DNA of 64,000 nucleotides, taken from the IMG/VR virus record IMGVR_UViG_3300010391_001807. The stretch is one strand, 5' to 3'. The notes under the pieces are model-generated. The model saw nothing but the letters and a program-made list of their open reading frames with translations, made no database searches and was not told where the DNA came from. This document shows positions 1 to 10,075 of this stretch, one piece after another. The position numbers were made by a program, and so were the translations under genes. Source of the DNA: an uncultured virus (IMG/VR IMGVR_UViG_3300010391_001807) (Duplodnaviria; Heunggongvirae; Uroviricota; Caudoviricetes). Numbering within the stretch: the first letter of the stretch is position 1; each line of letters begins with the position of its first letter.

Positions 1-850
1 CATCAATTCTTTTGACTAATAACTCATTCGCTAATCCAGTCGGAGTAGAAATGACAGGAATGCCTTTCGCCAATGCTTCCAAAATGCAAACTGGCCCCGC
101 ATCAATTTTAGATGTCACTAAAACTCCATCCATAAGCCCATATAAATTGGGATAATCATCATAAGTACAATTAACATTACGATCAAATAATTCAAACAAA
201 GATGGATCTAAATCGTGTTCAGTGGTCATTTTGGCTAAGTAATCAGCCCAATCTGGCCCAACAAACATAAATCTAAATCTGTTTGGATCAGAAAAATTTA
301 TAATAATATCTGTTAAAAAATCTTCACCTTTTTTACCACTTTCATAAAATCTAGAAATAAAACCAAATCTAATAACGTCTTTTGCTACATTATATTGTTC
401 CGCCAAGACACTTTTTTCTAAAATATCTGTGGGTGTAAATTTATTAAAATCTACACCTAAAGGATTATATCTAATTTTATCTAGAGGAATACCACGATCC
501 ACCATTCTGCTCATAATGGAAGTAGAAGGAGAAGTTATTACCTTAGCCTTATGGAATGCTTTATCTTTGGATTCAAAAGATAAATTTGGAGCAAAATCAC
601 TCATCTCCTGAATAGATACTAATGCCCTATGGGCCATTGTAGTATTGTTAATAACTGCTAAGGTACTATGCAAATAATGATAGACATCATATAGATTACC
701 TTCATCTATGTCTTTTGTCACAGTAATTTCAAAGCGTGTTGGGTCTATCCCCATTAAGAGAATATTCACCATGTCAGAAAAAAGCCATTGACCTGGACCT
801 TGATAAGCTCCACTCCCTGCAATCAGATTAACTTTAATTTTATTAGACAA
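1..850 (-). CDS. GT4 (GT-B fold) glycosyltransferase, 3'-truncated by the window edge; not in the ORF track
   Basis: My translation from TTG at 850 (AAGGTGA SD upstream) gives MSNKIKVNLIAG...FGFISRFYESGKKG...FMFVGPDW...FVTSKIDAGPVCILEALAKGIPVISTPTG, which carries the GT4 C-terminal motif. The frame is open to position 1. Confidence 0.85.
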   Translation of the reverse strand, partial: MSNKIKVNLIAGSGAYQGPGQWLFSDMVNILLMGIDPTRFEITVTKDIDEGNLYDVYHYLHSTLAVINNTTMAHRALVSIQEMSDFAPNLSFESKDKAFHKAKVITSPSTSIMSRMVDRGIPLDKIRYNPLGVDFNKFTPTDILEKSVLAEQYNVAKDVIRFGFISRFYESGKKGEDFLTDIIINFSDPNRFRFMFVGPDWADYLAKMTTEHDLDPSLFELFDRNVNCTYDDYPNLYGLMDGVLVTSKIDAGPVCILEALAKGIPVISTPTGLANELLVKRID

Positions 851-867
851 TATGATTCACCTTATTT

Positions 868-1605
868 CTATGGAATAATATGATTTACTTCAAATTCTTC
901 AATATCGATTAAAAATGGACTAGTATGGGTATTTCTGACTCCAAAAAAATTACCAGCCTGATGAATGTGCTCAAACTTGGTCATAAAACCATTAATCTTT
1001 AAGAAGTTTTTAAGTCCATCTCTATTATACCGAAAATGCATGTCTTCTGCATTAATAAATTCATGATCTGGATGTAATTCATGATATTCCCCCATGATGT
1101 TTCTAAAACTACGCAAAGAGGTGGTGGTATATAGAATGGGATATTCGGCCCCCTCACAATCAATTTTGAGGAGGTCTATTTTCCCATGCTGTTGATTGGT
1201 GATGTAAAAAACAATGTCATCCAATGAAATGGTGGGAACGGTGAAAGTATTTTCAGTCAAAGAAACAGCATTCTGCCCTGTATTTTGAGTTAGGCTTCCC
1301 ATGGATAATTCCGAAGGAGAATCTTGATCAGAACTCCAGACCGCCATGTTATAAAGCTCAACATTTTTGAATCCACCTCGCTCAAAAATGTTTTCTTTGG
1401 ATATTTCATAATTTTCTGGGTGAGCTTCATAAGCGAAAACATATTGAGCATTTCGCTGCAAACAAGCAATGGTGAAACTACCTATGTGAGCCCCGATATC
1501 AACAACAATGAATTTAGACAAATCATCGGGCAATCTATATTCATTTTGATGCACGACTTTATAAAAAATATAAGAATCTAATGTGTCTGGGCGAAATACA
1601 AACAT
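868..1605 (-). CDS. FkbM-family SAM-dependent methyltransferase
   Basis: VVDIGAHIGSF SAM-binding motif, AYEAHPEN, and IDLLKIDCEGAEY. Confidence 0.9.
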   Translation of the reverse strand: MFVFRPDTLDSYIFYKVVHQNEYRLPDDLSKFIVVDIGAHIGSFTIACLQRNAQYVFAYEAHPENYEISKENIFERGGFKNVELYNMAVWSSDQDSPSELSMGSLTQNTGQNAVSLTENTFTVPTISLDDIVFYITNQQHGKIDLLKIDCEGAEYPILYTTTSLRSFRNIMGEYHELHPDHEFINAEDMHFRYNRDGLKNFLKINGFMTKFEHIHQAGNFFGVRNTHTSPFLIDIEEFEVNHIIP

Positions 1606-1632
1606 AAGATAGTCTCTCCATTGGTATTATAC

Positions 1633-1668
1633 AAATGGCTCTGTCTAACAATTAAGACAGAGCCATTT
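1633..1668 (-). terminator. Hairpin terminator after PhoH
   Basis: Perfect 14-bp inverted repeat AAATGGCTCTGTCT/AGACAGAGCCATTT with an 8-nt loop, immediately after the stop at 1673. Confidence 0.7.
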
Positions 1669-1672
1669 TGAT

Positions 1673-4264
1673 TTAGTTTTTGGGGTTCATTCTTTCGGCA
1701 ATTAACTTAGAAATTTCAGAACGTTTTGAACGGACTAGTGGAACGGCAGCAAAAATAGGATGGTCTTTCAGAGTTTCAACAGCCACAGAGAAACCACATG
1801 ATTCAGCGTCTGTGTAAGGGTTGTCGATCTGTGTCAAATCCGCTAGAATGACACACTTCGATTTTTCCCCCATGCGAGAGAGAGCAGTTCTCGCTTCTAA
1901 AGGATTTGAATTTTGACAATTAGAACTAATAATACCATCAACAATAAATGTATGATCATTATCTACTGAGAAATCATAAACATCAATAGATTTTTCTAAT
2001 GATTCATATTCTATATCAAGAATCTTACAACATGTTGGGTAATCATTCATATCAATCCCCTTGGATAACATAAGTTCTTTAATTTTATCATAAGTATTTT
2101 TAGTGATACATAAATCTTTATTATTTAATTTTGATATTTTAATTTCTTTATTGAAATCATTAACAGAGTATATATCTGTTTGCCACTTATTTTTATTAGG
2201 GAAACATTTTTTGGCATCTAAATATGCAGCACACGGATATTTATATGGCATATCGTATACATTATCTTTTATAAAAGTATAATTATTTTGTTTTCTTTCC
2301 ATGGTAAATCCAATGTCTTCAAAAAATTTCTTGGCAAAATAATTAACTATACATACTCTGTATATAATATTATGATTTTCTTTATGATCTTTATATTGGA
2401 AAACACTGCTCATAATATCAAACTTAGCTAATAATGCTTGCATTTGATGTGCAAATATTTTACTAGTAGTACTTAAACTAATAACTATATTCTTTTTATT
2501 TATATTATTTATATTAATATCTCCTTCGCAATCAAAAAATATAGAAATAAATCTTTTAACACTTTCTACAGGAGAATCCCATATCATCTCTGGTACAGTA
2601 ATCATATTAGCCTTTTTACCATAAGTAAGGCTGTGCTTCATTACCCATTCTAAAATTTCTTTTTTACCACTTATTTTACATATCATATTATTTCTTATAT
2701 TTTTACAATTTAAATTAAACTTTGTAAATACTTTTGGAAATATATTACTACATAACTGCAACAACCAATCCTGATCTTTAGACATATCTATTTTTATGTT
2801 ATATAATGTTTTTTCAATAGTACCATCTGCCAATATTAATGCTAATAAAGAACTTTCTTCTATAGATAAATTATTATTTTCTATATGTGGTAGTTTATTA
2901 ATAAATGGTAATAAATCTCTTCTAGTAATATCTTTTGCTAATTTTATAGTAAAATTTTTACCATTTTCATAAACATACAATGGGTGTTCAGGTGTACAAT
3001 TGATAATTCCTCTTGAAGTTTTAATATTAACAATAAGTTTTGATTTTTTATTAAATTTATTATAAATTTTATTATTATTAACAATATTATTTTGAATATC
3101 TAAACTTATGGCTATATCATCGTTCTTTATGTCTTTAATTGGTAATGCCTTACCATTTGATAGCCAAACAACATTATCTCCAGTTAGACACTCATCTAGT
3201 ATAACCCAACTACTATGGAATGTTCTTCCTCTCATATAAGTATATGCTTCTAATTCAATATTTAACATTGGGTCATTAAACATGTCTCCGCCATATTTCT
3301 TGCCTTTGGCCATTTCAATGACCTTAAGATTGTCATATAATGGTTTTGCCCAGTTCATCAATTTTTCTTCTTTATCTCCTGGTAAATAACCAAGATCTCT
3401 ACCACCAACTGGGATAATAGGTTTCACATACATAATAGTTTCTATTTTACCATGCTCATAAGCCTCAATGGCAGCAGCCATACTACATAATGTTTTACCA
3501 CTGCCTGCCAAACCAGAAATGGCAACGATTAATACTTCAGGATCTAATAACACATCTAGGGCCATTCTTTGATATTCATCAATTGGATAGACCCCCTGTA
3601 CTCCAGTCTTAAAATCGGGAACCAGTATTAATTTGTCTCCTTTTTTGCGACATAAAATAGGAGCAACATTACCATAATTTTCAAACTGTACATGACAAAA
3701 CTCATTTTGATAAAGATAATCAGGAGCCGGAATAATATCTTTATAAGGATCTCCATTCTTGAGTGGAGGTAAAACTAAAATATCAGAATGCAATCCAGTG
3801 TAATGCTGATCCCAATTTTTAATCTTGGTGTTCAGATAATCTTGGGCCGGAATGCCATTAATGGCATCTTTAATCCTTTGCCCTACATCTTTCGAAACTA
3901 AAATCACATTTTCATGATCTTCTTGCAACTTTTTAGCACATTGGATGATTACATCATCTCGAAATGCTTTTGGTATTTCAGAGGCAATATCTAAATTTTC
4001 GGGGATTCCCAACATGCTTACAGATAAATTCCCTTTGTTCTCTCCAAGGGTTACATTGACTAATGTGGGTGATTTTTGACTTAAACTATCCAATTGTCTT
4101 ACAAATTCTCTTGCGGCTTGACCACGACCATTCGGAACTTTTCTTAATCCATCGATTTCTAAAATAGTTACATAAGATAAAAAAACATCGTGTTCATCAA
4201 AATTATAAATTGCAGAAGGGTCGTGGATTAAAACGCTAGTGTCTAGTACAAATTGTTTCTTCAT
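1673..4264 (-). CDS. PIN-PhoH (PhoH2/YlaK-like) RNase-ATPase containing an intein
   Basis: N-terminal PIN domain (VLDTSVLIHDP, DDVII, SKD); Walker A GLAGSGKT; LGYLPG; YMRGRT; Walker B ILDE|CQN; SRMGEKSK, DLTQID, VRS. Confidence 0.93.
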   Translation of the reverse strand: MKKQFVLDTSVLIHDPSAIYNFDEHDVFLSYVTILEIDGLRKVPNGRGQAAREFVRQLDSLSQKSPTLVNVTLGENKGNLSVSMLGIPENLDIASEIPKAFRDDVIIQCAKKLQEDHENVILVSKDVGQRIKDAINGIPAQDYLNTKIKNWDQHYTGLHSDILVLPPLKNGDPYKDIIPAPDYLYQNEFCHVQFENYGNVAPILCRKKGDKLILVPDFKTGVQGVYPIDEYQRMALDVLLDPEVLIVAISGLAGSGKTLCSMAAAIEAYEHGKIETIMYVKPIIPVGGRDLGYLPGDKEEKLMNWAKPLYDNLKVIEMAKGKKYGGDMFNDPMLNIELEAYTYMRGRTFHSSWVILDECLTGDNVVWLSNGKALPIKDIKNDDIAISLDIQNNIVNNNKIYNKFNKKSKLIVNIKTSRGIINCTPEHPLYVYENGKNFTIKLAKDITRRDLLPFINKLPHIENNNLSIEESSLLALILADGTIEKTLYNIKIDMSKDQDWLLQLCSNIFPKVFTKFNLNCKNIRNNMICKISGKKEILEWVMKHSLTYGKKANMITVPEMIWDSPVESVKRFISIFFDCEGDININNINKKNIVISLSTTSKIFAHQMQALLAKFDIMSSVFQYKDHKENHNIIYRVCIVNYFAKKFFEDIGFTMERKQNNYTFIKDNVYDMPYKYPCAAYLDAKKCFPNKNKWQTDIYSVNDFNKEIKISKLNNKDLCITKNTYDKIKELMLSKGIDMNDYPTCCKILDIEYESLEKSIDVYDFSVDNDHTFIVDGIISSNCQNSNPLEARTALSRMGEKSKCVILADLTQIDNPYTDAESCGFSVAVETLKDHPIFAAVPLVRSKRSEISKLIAERMNPKN
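1919..3190 (-). mobile_element. Intein (424 aa) with a LAGLIDADG homing endonuclease, inserted in PhoH Walker B
   Basis: Begins CLTGDN; block B CTPEHP; LAGLIDADG-like LALILADG and FISIFFDCEG; ends VYDFSVDNDHTFIVDGIISSN followed by Cys+1. Much more AT-rich than the exteins. Confidence 0.93.
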
Positions 4265-4368
4265 TAATTATCGAACCACCTTGAGTTTTTAGATTTTAAA
4301 TAAGTTTATTTACCTCCCATGATAAGATTTACTCTCTATTTAGCCGCCTCCTGACATCCTACCTGCTC

Positions 4369-4403
4369 AAAAACAAAAAGCCAACGAGAAAACTCCCATT
4401 GGC
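4369..4403 (-). terminator. Rho-independent terminator after the J-domain gene
   Basis: Minus strand reads GCCAATGGGA-GTTT-TCTCGTTGGC (10-bp stem with G-U pairs) followed by TTTTTGTTTTT. Confidence 0.75.
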
Positions 4404-4424
4404 ATTTTTAATTGCATTTGCAAC

Positions 4425-5375
4425 CTATCCCTCGGACTTTTTCGCCCCATAAACTGTCTCGTCTGCCGTCTTTAATAACTCTTTCAACTGAGTTTGGTCG
4501 ATCTTATTGGCCTCCTGGGCACTCAAAAGAGCCCCGATTTCCTGATTTTCAACCTTTTTATACTGTTTTATATAGTTTTGCACGTTTCCCCCAATACAAT
4601 CCTCAACCGCAGCCTTTAAACCACCATTAGTGATGAATTCTACCGCAGTTTCATATTGAGTAGTGCCTAATAAATCAGCATCAATGAATTTTGCCCCCTC
4701 TATCTTGCCCTTTACTATGTCTAAATGGCCTACCTCTTCAACAAACTCATCGGTTTCTCGTAAAATGACTAATTTAATACTTGGCAAACAAATATATATC
4801 TTAAAAGGTAAAGCTTCGTCCAAAAATTCATCATCCCCCGAGGTTAATTTCAAAACCTCTTCTTCATCTTCAATAATGGCCAAAACCAACTCTTTTGGCA
4901 ACCCAGGAATGATAAACTCCCACTGATAATTATGAGAATGTTCATCCTCAGGCATGAATTTGATTTCCACATCTTCAATTCCCGATTCATCCAATATCTT
5001 ATTGAATAATGAGCAGCCAATTAAATCGGCCATGCTACTTTTGCGATATGTGCCTAAAAAGGCTAAATCAATGCTAAAACCACCAGATTCTTCTTTTTGG
5101 TCAGCAATTCCACCTCTATCATAAACATTTCTAAGAATGGGGTCGCTCAAAATGGTGTAGGCCCGCACCACTAATTTAAACTTCTCTTCATCTCCAGTGG
5201 GTTTGTCAGGATGAACTTCAAAAAGCTTAGTATGATAAGCCTTTTGTAAGACTACTCTCAAATCCCGCTTCGAAGATGGGTCTTTTCCCAATGGCAAAGA
5301 GTCTTTCTCGACCCCCATGATGGCATAATAGTCCTGATCAAAGTTAATAATGTCTAAAATTCTTCTATTTTCCAT
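4425..5375 (-). CDS. J-domain protein with an uncharacterised acidic C-terminal region
   Basis: DYYAIMGV...KAY...VHPDK...EEKFKLVVRAYTILSDPILRNVYD; HPD motif intact. Confidence 0.85.
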   Translation of the reverse strand: MENRRILDIINFDQDYYAIMGVEKDSLPLGKDPSSKRDLRVVLQKAYHTKLFEVHPDKPTGDEEKFKLVVRAYTILSDPILRNVYDRGGIADQKEESGGFSIDLAFLGTYRKSSMADLIGCSLFNKILDESGIEDVEIKFMPEDEHSHNYQWEFIIPGLPKELVLAIIEDEEEVLKLTSGDDEFLDEALPFKIYICLPSIKLVILRETDEFVEEVGHLDIVKGKIEGAKFIDADLLGTTQYETAVEFITNGGLKAAVEDCIGGNVQNYIKQYKKVENQEIGALLSAQEANKIDQTQLKELLKTADETVYGAKKSEG

Positions 5376-5452
5376 AATTGTTTTACCTATACCGGGAGAT
5401 TATACAGGTTTTTCTCAACTTTCTACATAATGATAAGTTGAGGTCTTCACTT

Positions 5453-6559
5453 ATGTGGTTCACTGCTGCCTTAGACAAGTATGATACTGCAGAACATCTA
5501 ATATCAACAGCTATGATTAAAATGGCTGCTTCGGTGGACGAATTATGGGGGACTTTAAAAAGCACGGGCATCAGTAATCAATTAGGAATCAATAATAAAC
5601 AACAATTAGAGCAGTACATGGTCCAGAAAGACCCAAGTTTCTTAAGTTCAATGGGCCAACAATCGTCTCAGTTAGCTCAACCACAACAGCAACAGGTCCA
5701 GACTGCTTACTCCAATTATTTAGCAGGACATGTATTAGGAGAAGAGATCTCCAAAGCCAGACAACAAGCCATTTCCGAAGGGAGACAGCCTTCAGTAGCA
5801 GAATTAAGAGCAGCTAGACAAAGAGCCAACAACCGCATCCAAACCGAGGATGTCTGGCACGAAGGCTTGGGAATGCCCAAACAAATTCAAGTTGGAAGAA
5901 GAGGTCCATTGAGTAAAGTTAGAGTGCAAGAGTGGAAGCCCCCCATTGAAAAAATCAAGGATGAAACTTTGATTTCAATGGCGAATTCAATCTTAGAGCA
6001 AGAACTACAAAAAGCCAGAGGGGTTGCCTTCCAAGAATATGTGAACGGGCAGAGAGAGACAGCAGACCCAACAACTGCAGAAATAAGAGCGGCAATGCTT
6101 GTGGCCAATCAAAAACTACAGGAAGGATTAAAATTTCAAATAGGTAAAAGAGGGCCTGTGCCCAAGGCCCCCGGATTAACTAGAAACATAGAAAATAACA
6201 AAGAATATTATGAATGGAAGAAAAAAAGAGAGAAGAAAGAGAATTTGGGGTTGAGTGATATTTTAGATGTCGAACGGGGGAATGTTCCAATCGCTACACC
6301 AAATGTAAGTCCCGGTGATAATTACATTCCTGAAGAAGATGCGGTGGAACAACGAGACCAAGCTCTATTTAAGCAAGATTTAGACATCATTAACAAACAA
6401 TATAATTTTAGACCATTGCCGCCATTGCATCCACCAAACTGTCGCTGTCGGATTGTTCCACTGGGCAAAACTTTCAAATGGCAAACAGCAGGAGACGAAA
6501 GAGTATGTGAGCAATGCAAGTTCTACGAGGCCCAGTTTAATGCTTTAAATAAAATCTAA
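5453..6559 (+). CDS. Putative head-associated protein with an internal duplication and C-terminal Mu gpF/SPP1 gp7-like Cys/His motifs
   Basis: PPLHPPNCRC and WQTAGDERVC motifs. Start moved from 5378 to ATG 5453 because a GAGGT SD and a promoter motif lie at 5406-5431. Confidence 0.55.
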   Translation: MWFTAALDKYDTAEHLISTAMIKMAASVDELWGTLKSTGISNQLGINNKQQLEQYMVQKDPSFLSSMGQQSSQLAQPQQQQVQTAYSNYLAGHVLGEEISKARQQAISEGRQPSVAELRAARQRANNRIQTEDVWHEGLGMPKQIQVGRRGPLSKVRVQEWKPPIEKIKDETLISMANSILEQELQKARGVAFQEYVNGQRETADPTTAEIRAAMLVANQKLQEGLKFQIGKRGPVPKAPGLTRNIENNKEYYEWKKKREKKENLGLSDILDVERGNVPIATPNVSPGDNYIPEEDAVEQRDQALFKQDLDIINKQYNFRPLPPLHPPNCRCRIVPLGKTFKWQTAGDERVCEQCKFYEAQFNALNKI

Positions 6560-6640
6560 GCAGGTCTAAAAGAATCAAATAATGAATAGTCTAATAATAT
6601 AGTCATTAAATTAACAAGTTTTTGAATGGAGGTCATTCCG

Positions 6641-8137
6641 ATGGCACAAAATATTAGTGATACTGTTTTAAGCAATACCATTGACCAAATGGCTGCAGCA
6701 ACCAAGGGGTTTATTGGAGCCTATACGTCACATTTCGATCTATTTAACATCATCAGCAGGGAGGATAATCCAGATGATGAATCTGCAGGTATCGCTATTG
6801 TTGAGCCCATAGATGATGGGTTAGATGCTGGGACTGCATTTTACTCTATTTGGATGACCGCCGTTGGTTGGTTAAATTCACGGGCTGCAGCAGCAGGATC
6901 TGCTAATCTCGATGCACTATTAACGGCTCGTCATTTAAGAGTCCCTTCGTCTTTTGATAGTAACATCTACTTCCCTTATACTGGGGCTCATCTAACTGCC
7001 GGAAGCATATTTCAGGATTACACTTGGGACCTTGATACAAGGGCCTGGGAGTTTTACACCTTTGGAACAATTACTAGAGGCGGAAGTCCGGCCTGGGTAG
7101 AAACATATGCAACTGTTTCATCTACTACACAGAACTGTGTCTTATCAGGAAAATTAACTGTTGTCAATAGTGCCTCCCCTTGGACCGTGAGTGCTACAGC
7201 TACTTTAGATACGAGTGCCGTTGCCCCACTTACCGCAGTTATTACTTATACTGTACCTGTTACCACCCCAGTTGGTGCAACTGTAATATCCAACGCCTTG
7301 ACTACTAACCATGCCACCCGAGTTTCGAAGGCTGGTACCACACAATTCATCGCTGCCGCCAATACTGGTATTATCGCAGGGCATAAATTATTATTGTGGA
7401 CTGGTAGATTCCCAACTCTATTAACAGCCAATGCCACTGGGGGACAAAATGAAATTACCATTGACCCAGCCCTAGTTGGCTCCTTTGAGAGTGGTGATGA
7501 AATCACAGTTTATAATGTTGTAGGAACATCTGGTGAAACTGCAATCATTGAAAACATTGATTATGAGCATGGGATTCTCGCCCTCCGCAGCAATCTTGCA
7601 GCCACTTATGCTACGACTAATGATTCAGTCATTTATAAGAGTAAATGTGCTAAATCTAGACTATTGGCCAGCGTTGTCCCTGGCACTGGAGGTCCTTACA
7701 CAATTAATGTTGGGGTTGACGCCACCTGGAAATATTATGTCGGACACTCTCTATTTATTGATGATGATAACAGCAACGTTGAAACATTAACCATTACAAG
7801 TATTGACAACGCCGCAGGGGCAGTCATCGCTTCGGTAGCTTTGACCACAGGAATTACTCTTGGCTTGTCTTACTCAGTCGGTCAAAACGCAATCATTTAT
7901 ACAAGTGTTGAACCATATGGTCATGCCGAATGGGTCCAAGTAGCATCGGTTGTTGGCACTTATACCATCGCCACAGAGGCCACCTTACAACATTCATATT
8001 ATTCTGCTAGCGACAAGATTCACTTCTTGATTACTGGATTAACAACCGTGGCTAATTCTGGCGGTGGTGGTTCTCCTGCCTTGCAGGTCCAACCAATGCT
8101 GGAACGACAAATCCAACAGAATGCAATCATTTACTAA
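6641..8137 (+). CDS. Putative virion structural protein (T/A/G/V-rich, beta-rich)
   Basis: Composition; two copies of an 'L..a..G...I.v....f..G..i.i....E...i..ID' module; GGAGGT SD before ATG 6641. Confidence 0.55.
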   Translation: MAQNISDTVLSNTIDQMAAATKGFIGAYTSHFDLFNIISREDNPDDESAGIAIVEPIDDGLDAGTAFYSIWMTAVGWLNSRAAAAGSANLDALLTARHLRVPSSFDSNIYFPYTGAHLTAGSIFQDYTWDLDTRAWEFYTFGTITRGGSPAWVETYATVSSTTQNCVLSGKLTVVNSASPWTVSATATLDTSAVAPLTAVITYTVPVTTPVGATVISNALTTNHATRVSKAGTTQFIAAANTGIIAGHKLLLWTGRFPTLLTANATGGQNEITIDPALVGSFESGDEITVYNVVGTSGETAIIENIDYEHGILALRSNLAATYATTNDSVIYKSKCAKSRLLASVVPGTGGPYTINVGVDATWKYYVGHSLFIDDDNSNVETLTITSIDNAAGAVIASVALTTGITLGLSYSVGQNAIIYTSVEPYGHAEWVQVASVVGTYTIATEATLQHSYYSASDKIHFLITGLTTVANSGGGGSPALQVQPMLERQIQQNAIIY

Positions 8138-8155
8138 ACAAAAACCAGAAGAAAT

Positions 8156-8186
8156 GAAAAGAGCCCATCGTAAGATGGGCTCTTTC
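8156..8186. terminator. Bidirectional terminator between convergent genes
   Basis: AAAGAGCCCATC-GTAA-GATGGGCTCTTT: perfect 12-bp stem, GNRA loop, A/T tracts on both sides. Confidence 0.9.
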
Positions 8187-10060
8187 TATTTCTTATAGAT
8201 TTCAGGCCCCCATTTGGACAATTCCTCTTGAGCAATTTCCAGGGCTCTTTCTTTATTATGCCCCATGGGGTTCTCTTGACGGTCTTGGATTAAACGATTA
8301 TGAATATCCCCGATCCATTTTCCTGGTCGAATGCCAAAATGCTGCATGATTTCATCACCAGTTAATAATGGCTTATTAGCCTCTTGCCATTCTTGCTGCT
8401 GTTGCCTCTGTTGTTTAGCTACCTCATAATTACTAATAAAATCATTAATCCTTTGTTGTTGATCTTCAATGTTAAATGAACTATCAGCCCTAATTAAACC
8501 ATATAGCCTAACGGCAAAATTTAAACTGGCCCAGGGATCATCTTGACCAACCTTAGCGTCTGATAGTTTATTAACTAATTTTTCTACTAGAGTCCCTTTA
8601 GATGGCATATGCCATGATGTTATATCTTTAATTTCAGGAGATTGATAAACATATTCTCCTTGATCTATTTGATGTAAACCACAATCTCTGGCAACCCACC
8701 TTTGCATCTGCTTATCAAATTTAAGTCTATATAATAAATTCCATGCTATCTCCTCACTAGATACTTCATGACGATTAAATGTTGGTAGCTGAAATTGTAC
8801 ATGCTGTAATTTATTACCACAATGTTGACAAATTGGATTTTCATCATTATTAATTATAGTTTTATTTTGACAAGATGGACACTGAACATCTCCATATGAA
8901 CGCCTCTCTATTTTTCCTACATCATGTAATAAAGCCGACATTTTAATTCTTAATAAAGTTCTTTGTTTGAGATATTCATAACTTACTCCAATCTCCAAAG
9001 CAGTCTCTCTAATCGCAGCATCAATTTCAGGAGTAATATTAGCATTCTCCATAACAATTTTAGTATGTTCCCATATATTTTTATAATTATACTTCGGATA
9101 CTTATGTTTGTCTTTTGAGTCTCTAGCAATAATAGCAATTTCTGGAGCTATAACATCCATAGCACCAGAGGAAACTAACTCATCTAAACCTATAGAAAAA
9201 TTGGGACTTAATATTATCTTACTAAACTCATCTCTAATTCTTTCTGCCGAAACAGAACCATGAGGACCAAAGAATTCTTGGCCTTTCTCCTTAATCAAGA
9301 CACTCATTGCTTTTTGGGTTTTGGAGTCAATTTGGAAGCCTAATTGTGCGGATTGGCGAATGGCCCTCAAGATTCTTAATGGGTCATCATTAAAAATAGA
9401 AATTGGGTCCCCAGTAGTTCTAATTATTTTCTTTTTAAGATCACTAAGGCCCATAGATGTTGGATCAGATAATTGGCCTGTTGATAAATCAACATATAGA
9501 GCATTTATAGTAAAGTCTCTGCGAAACGCATCTTCTTTTTCATCAGCAACTTTAATGGAGCCTGGATTTCTTTTACGGGAGCCAACTCCCTCAGTAGTGG
9601 AGTAGTCCTCGCTTCGAGTCGCCACCAATTCAACTGGCTCTCCGCCAATTTCAGTCATGGCCACTAAAAATCTTGGATAAATAACAGGAGCGAAATCAGT
9701 CTGACCATTTAAAAAGAGCATGAATGCCAATAATACTCCACCGCCAGCATTCCTTAAGAATTCACTGAAATTTCCAGAAAGCCCTGATTGTCGGATAGCT
9801 AATTCATATTTGTTTCTTAATTTTGAGCCTTTGGGTATAGCGTTATCGATTTGTGCAGCAAGCTGCAGCATGATTTGCTGGTCTCCAGCAACACAAATGT
9901 CAAAATCTTTAGAAGGTCTGTTTAATAAGGCATCACGAACCGACCCTCCAACTAGAAGAGGGCGAAGCCCACTTTGCTGCCCCATATCACCAATGATTTT
10001 GCCCTGAGGATCCACAAAGGACAGCCCTAGCTCTCTGAGTTTTTGCTCTCTCTCATTCAT
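8186..10060 (-). CDS. cca: Class II tRNA nucleotidyltransferase (CCA-adding/poly(A) polymerase family) with HD domain
   Basis: VGGSVRD...KDFD, RRDFTINAL, DDPLRILRAIR, SAERIRDE; HD motifs WEHT, LLHDVGK, HE, AD; C-terminal LLTGDEIM..GIRPGKWIG. Confidence 0.9.
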   Translation of the reverse strand: MNEREQKLRELGLSFVDPQGKIIGDMGQQSGLRPLLVGGSVRDALLNRPSKDFDICVAGDQQIMLQLAAQIDNAIPKGSKLRNKYELAIRQSGLSGNFSEFLRNAGGGVLLAFMLFLNGQTDFAPVIYPRFLVAMTEIGGEPVELVATRSEDYSTTEGVGSRKRNPGSIKVADEKEDAFRRDFTINALYVDLSTGQLSDPTSMGLSDLKKKIIRTTGDPISIFNDDPLRILRAIRQSAQLGFQIDSKTQKAMSVLIKEKGQEFFGPHGSVSAERIRDEFSKIILSPNFSIGLDELVSSGAMDVIAPEIAIIARDSKDKHKYPKYNYKNIWEHTKIVMENANITPEIDAAIRETALEIGVSYEYLKQRTLLRIKMSALLHDVGKIERRSYGDVQCPSCQNKTIINNDENPICQHCGNKLQHVQFQLPTFNRHEVSSEEIAWNLLYRLKFDKQMQRWVARDCGLHQIDQGEYVYQSPEIKDITSWHMPSKGTLVEKLVNKLSDAKVGQDDPWASLNFAVRLYGLIRADSSFNIEDQQQRINDFISNYEVAKQQRQQQQEWQEANKPLLTGDEIMQHFGIRPGKWIGDIHNRLIQDRQENPMGHNKERALEIAQEELSKWGPEIYKK

Positions 10061-10075
10061 AGTAAATCACACCGT

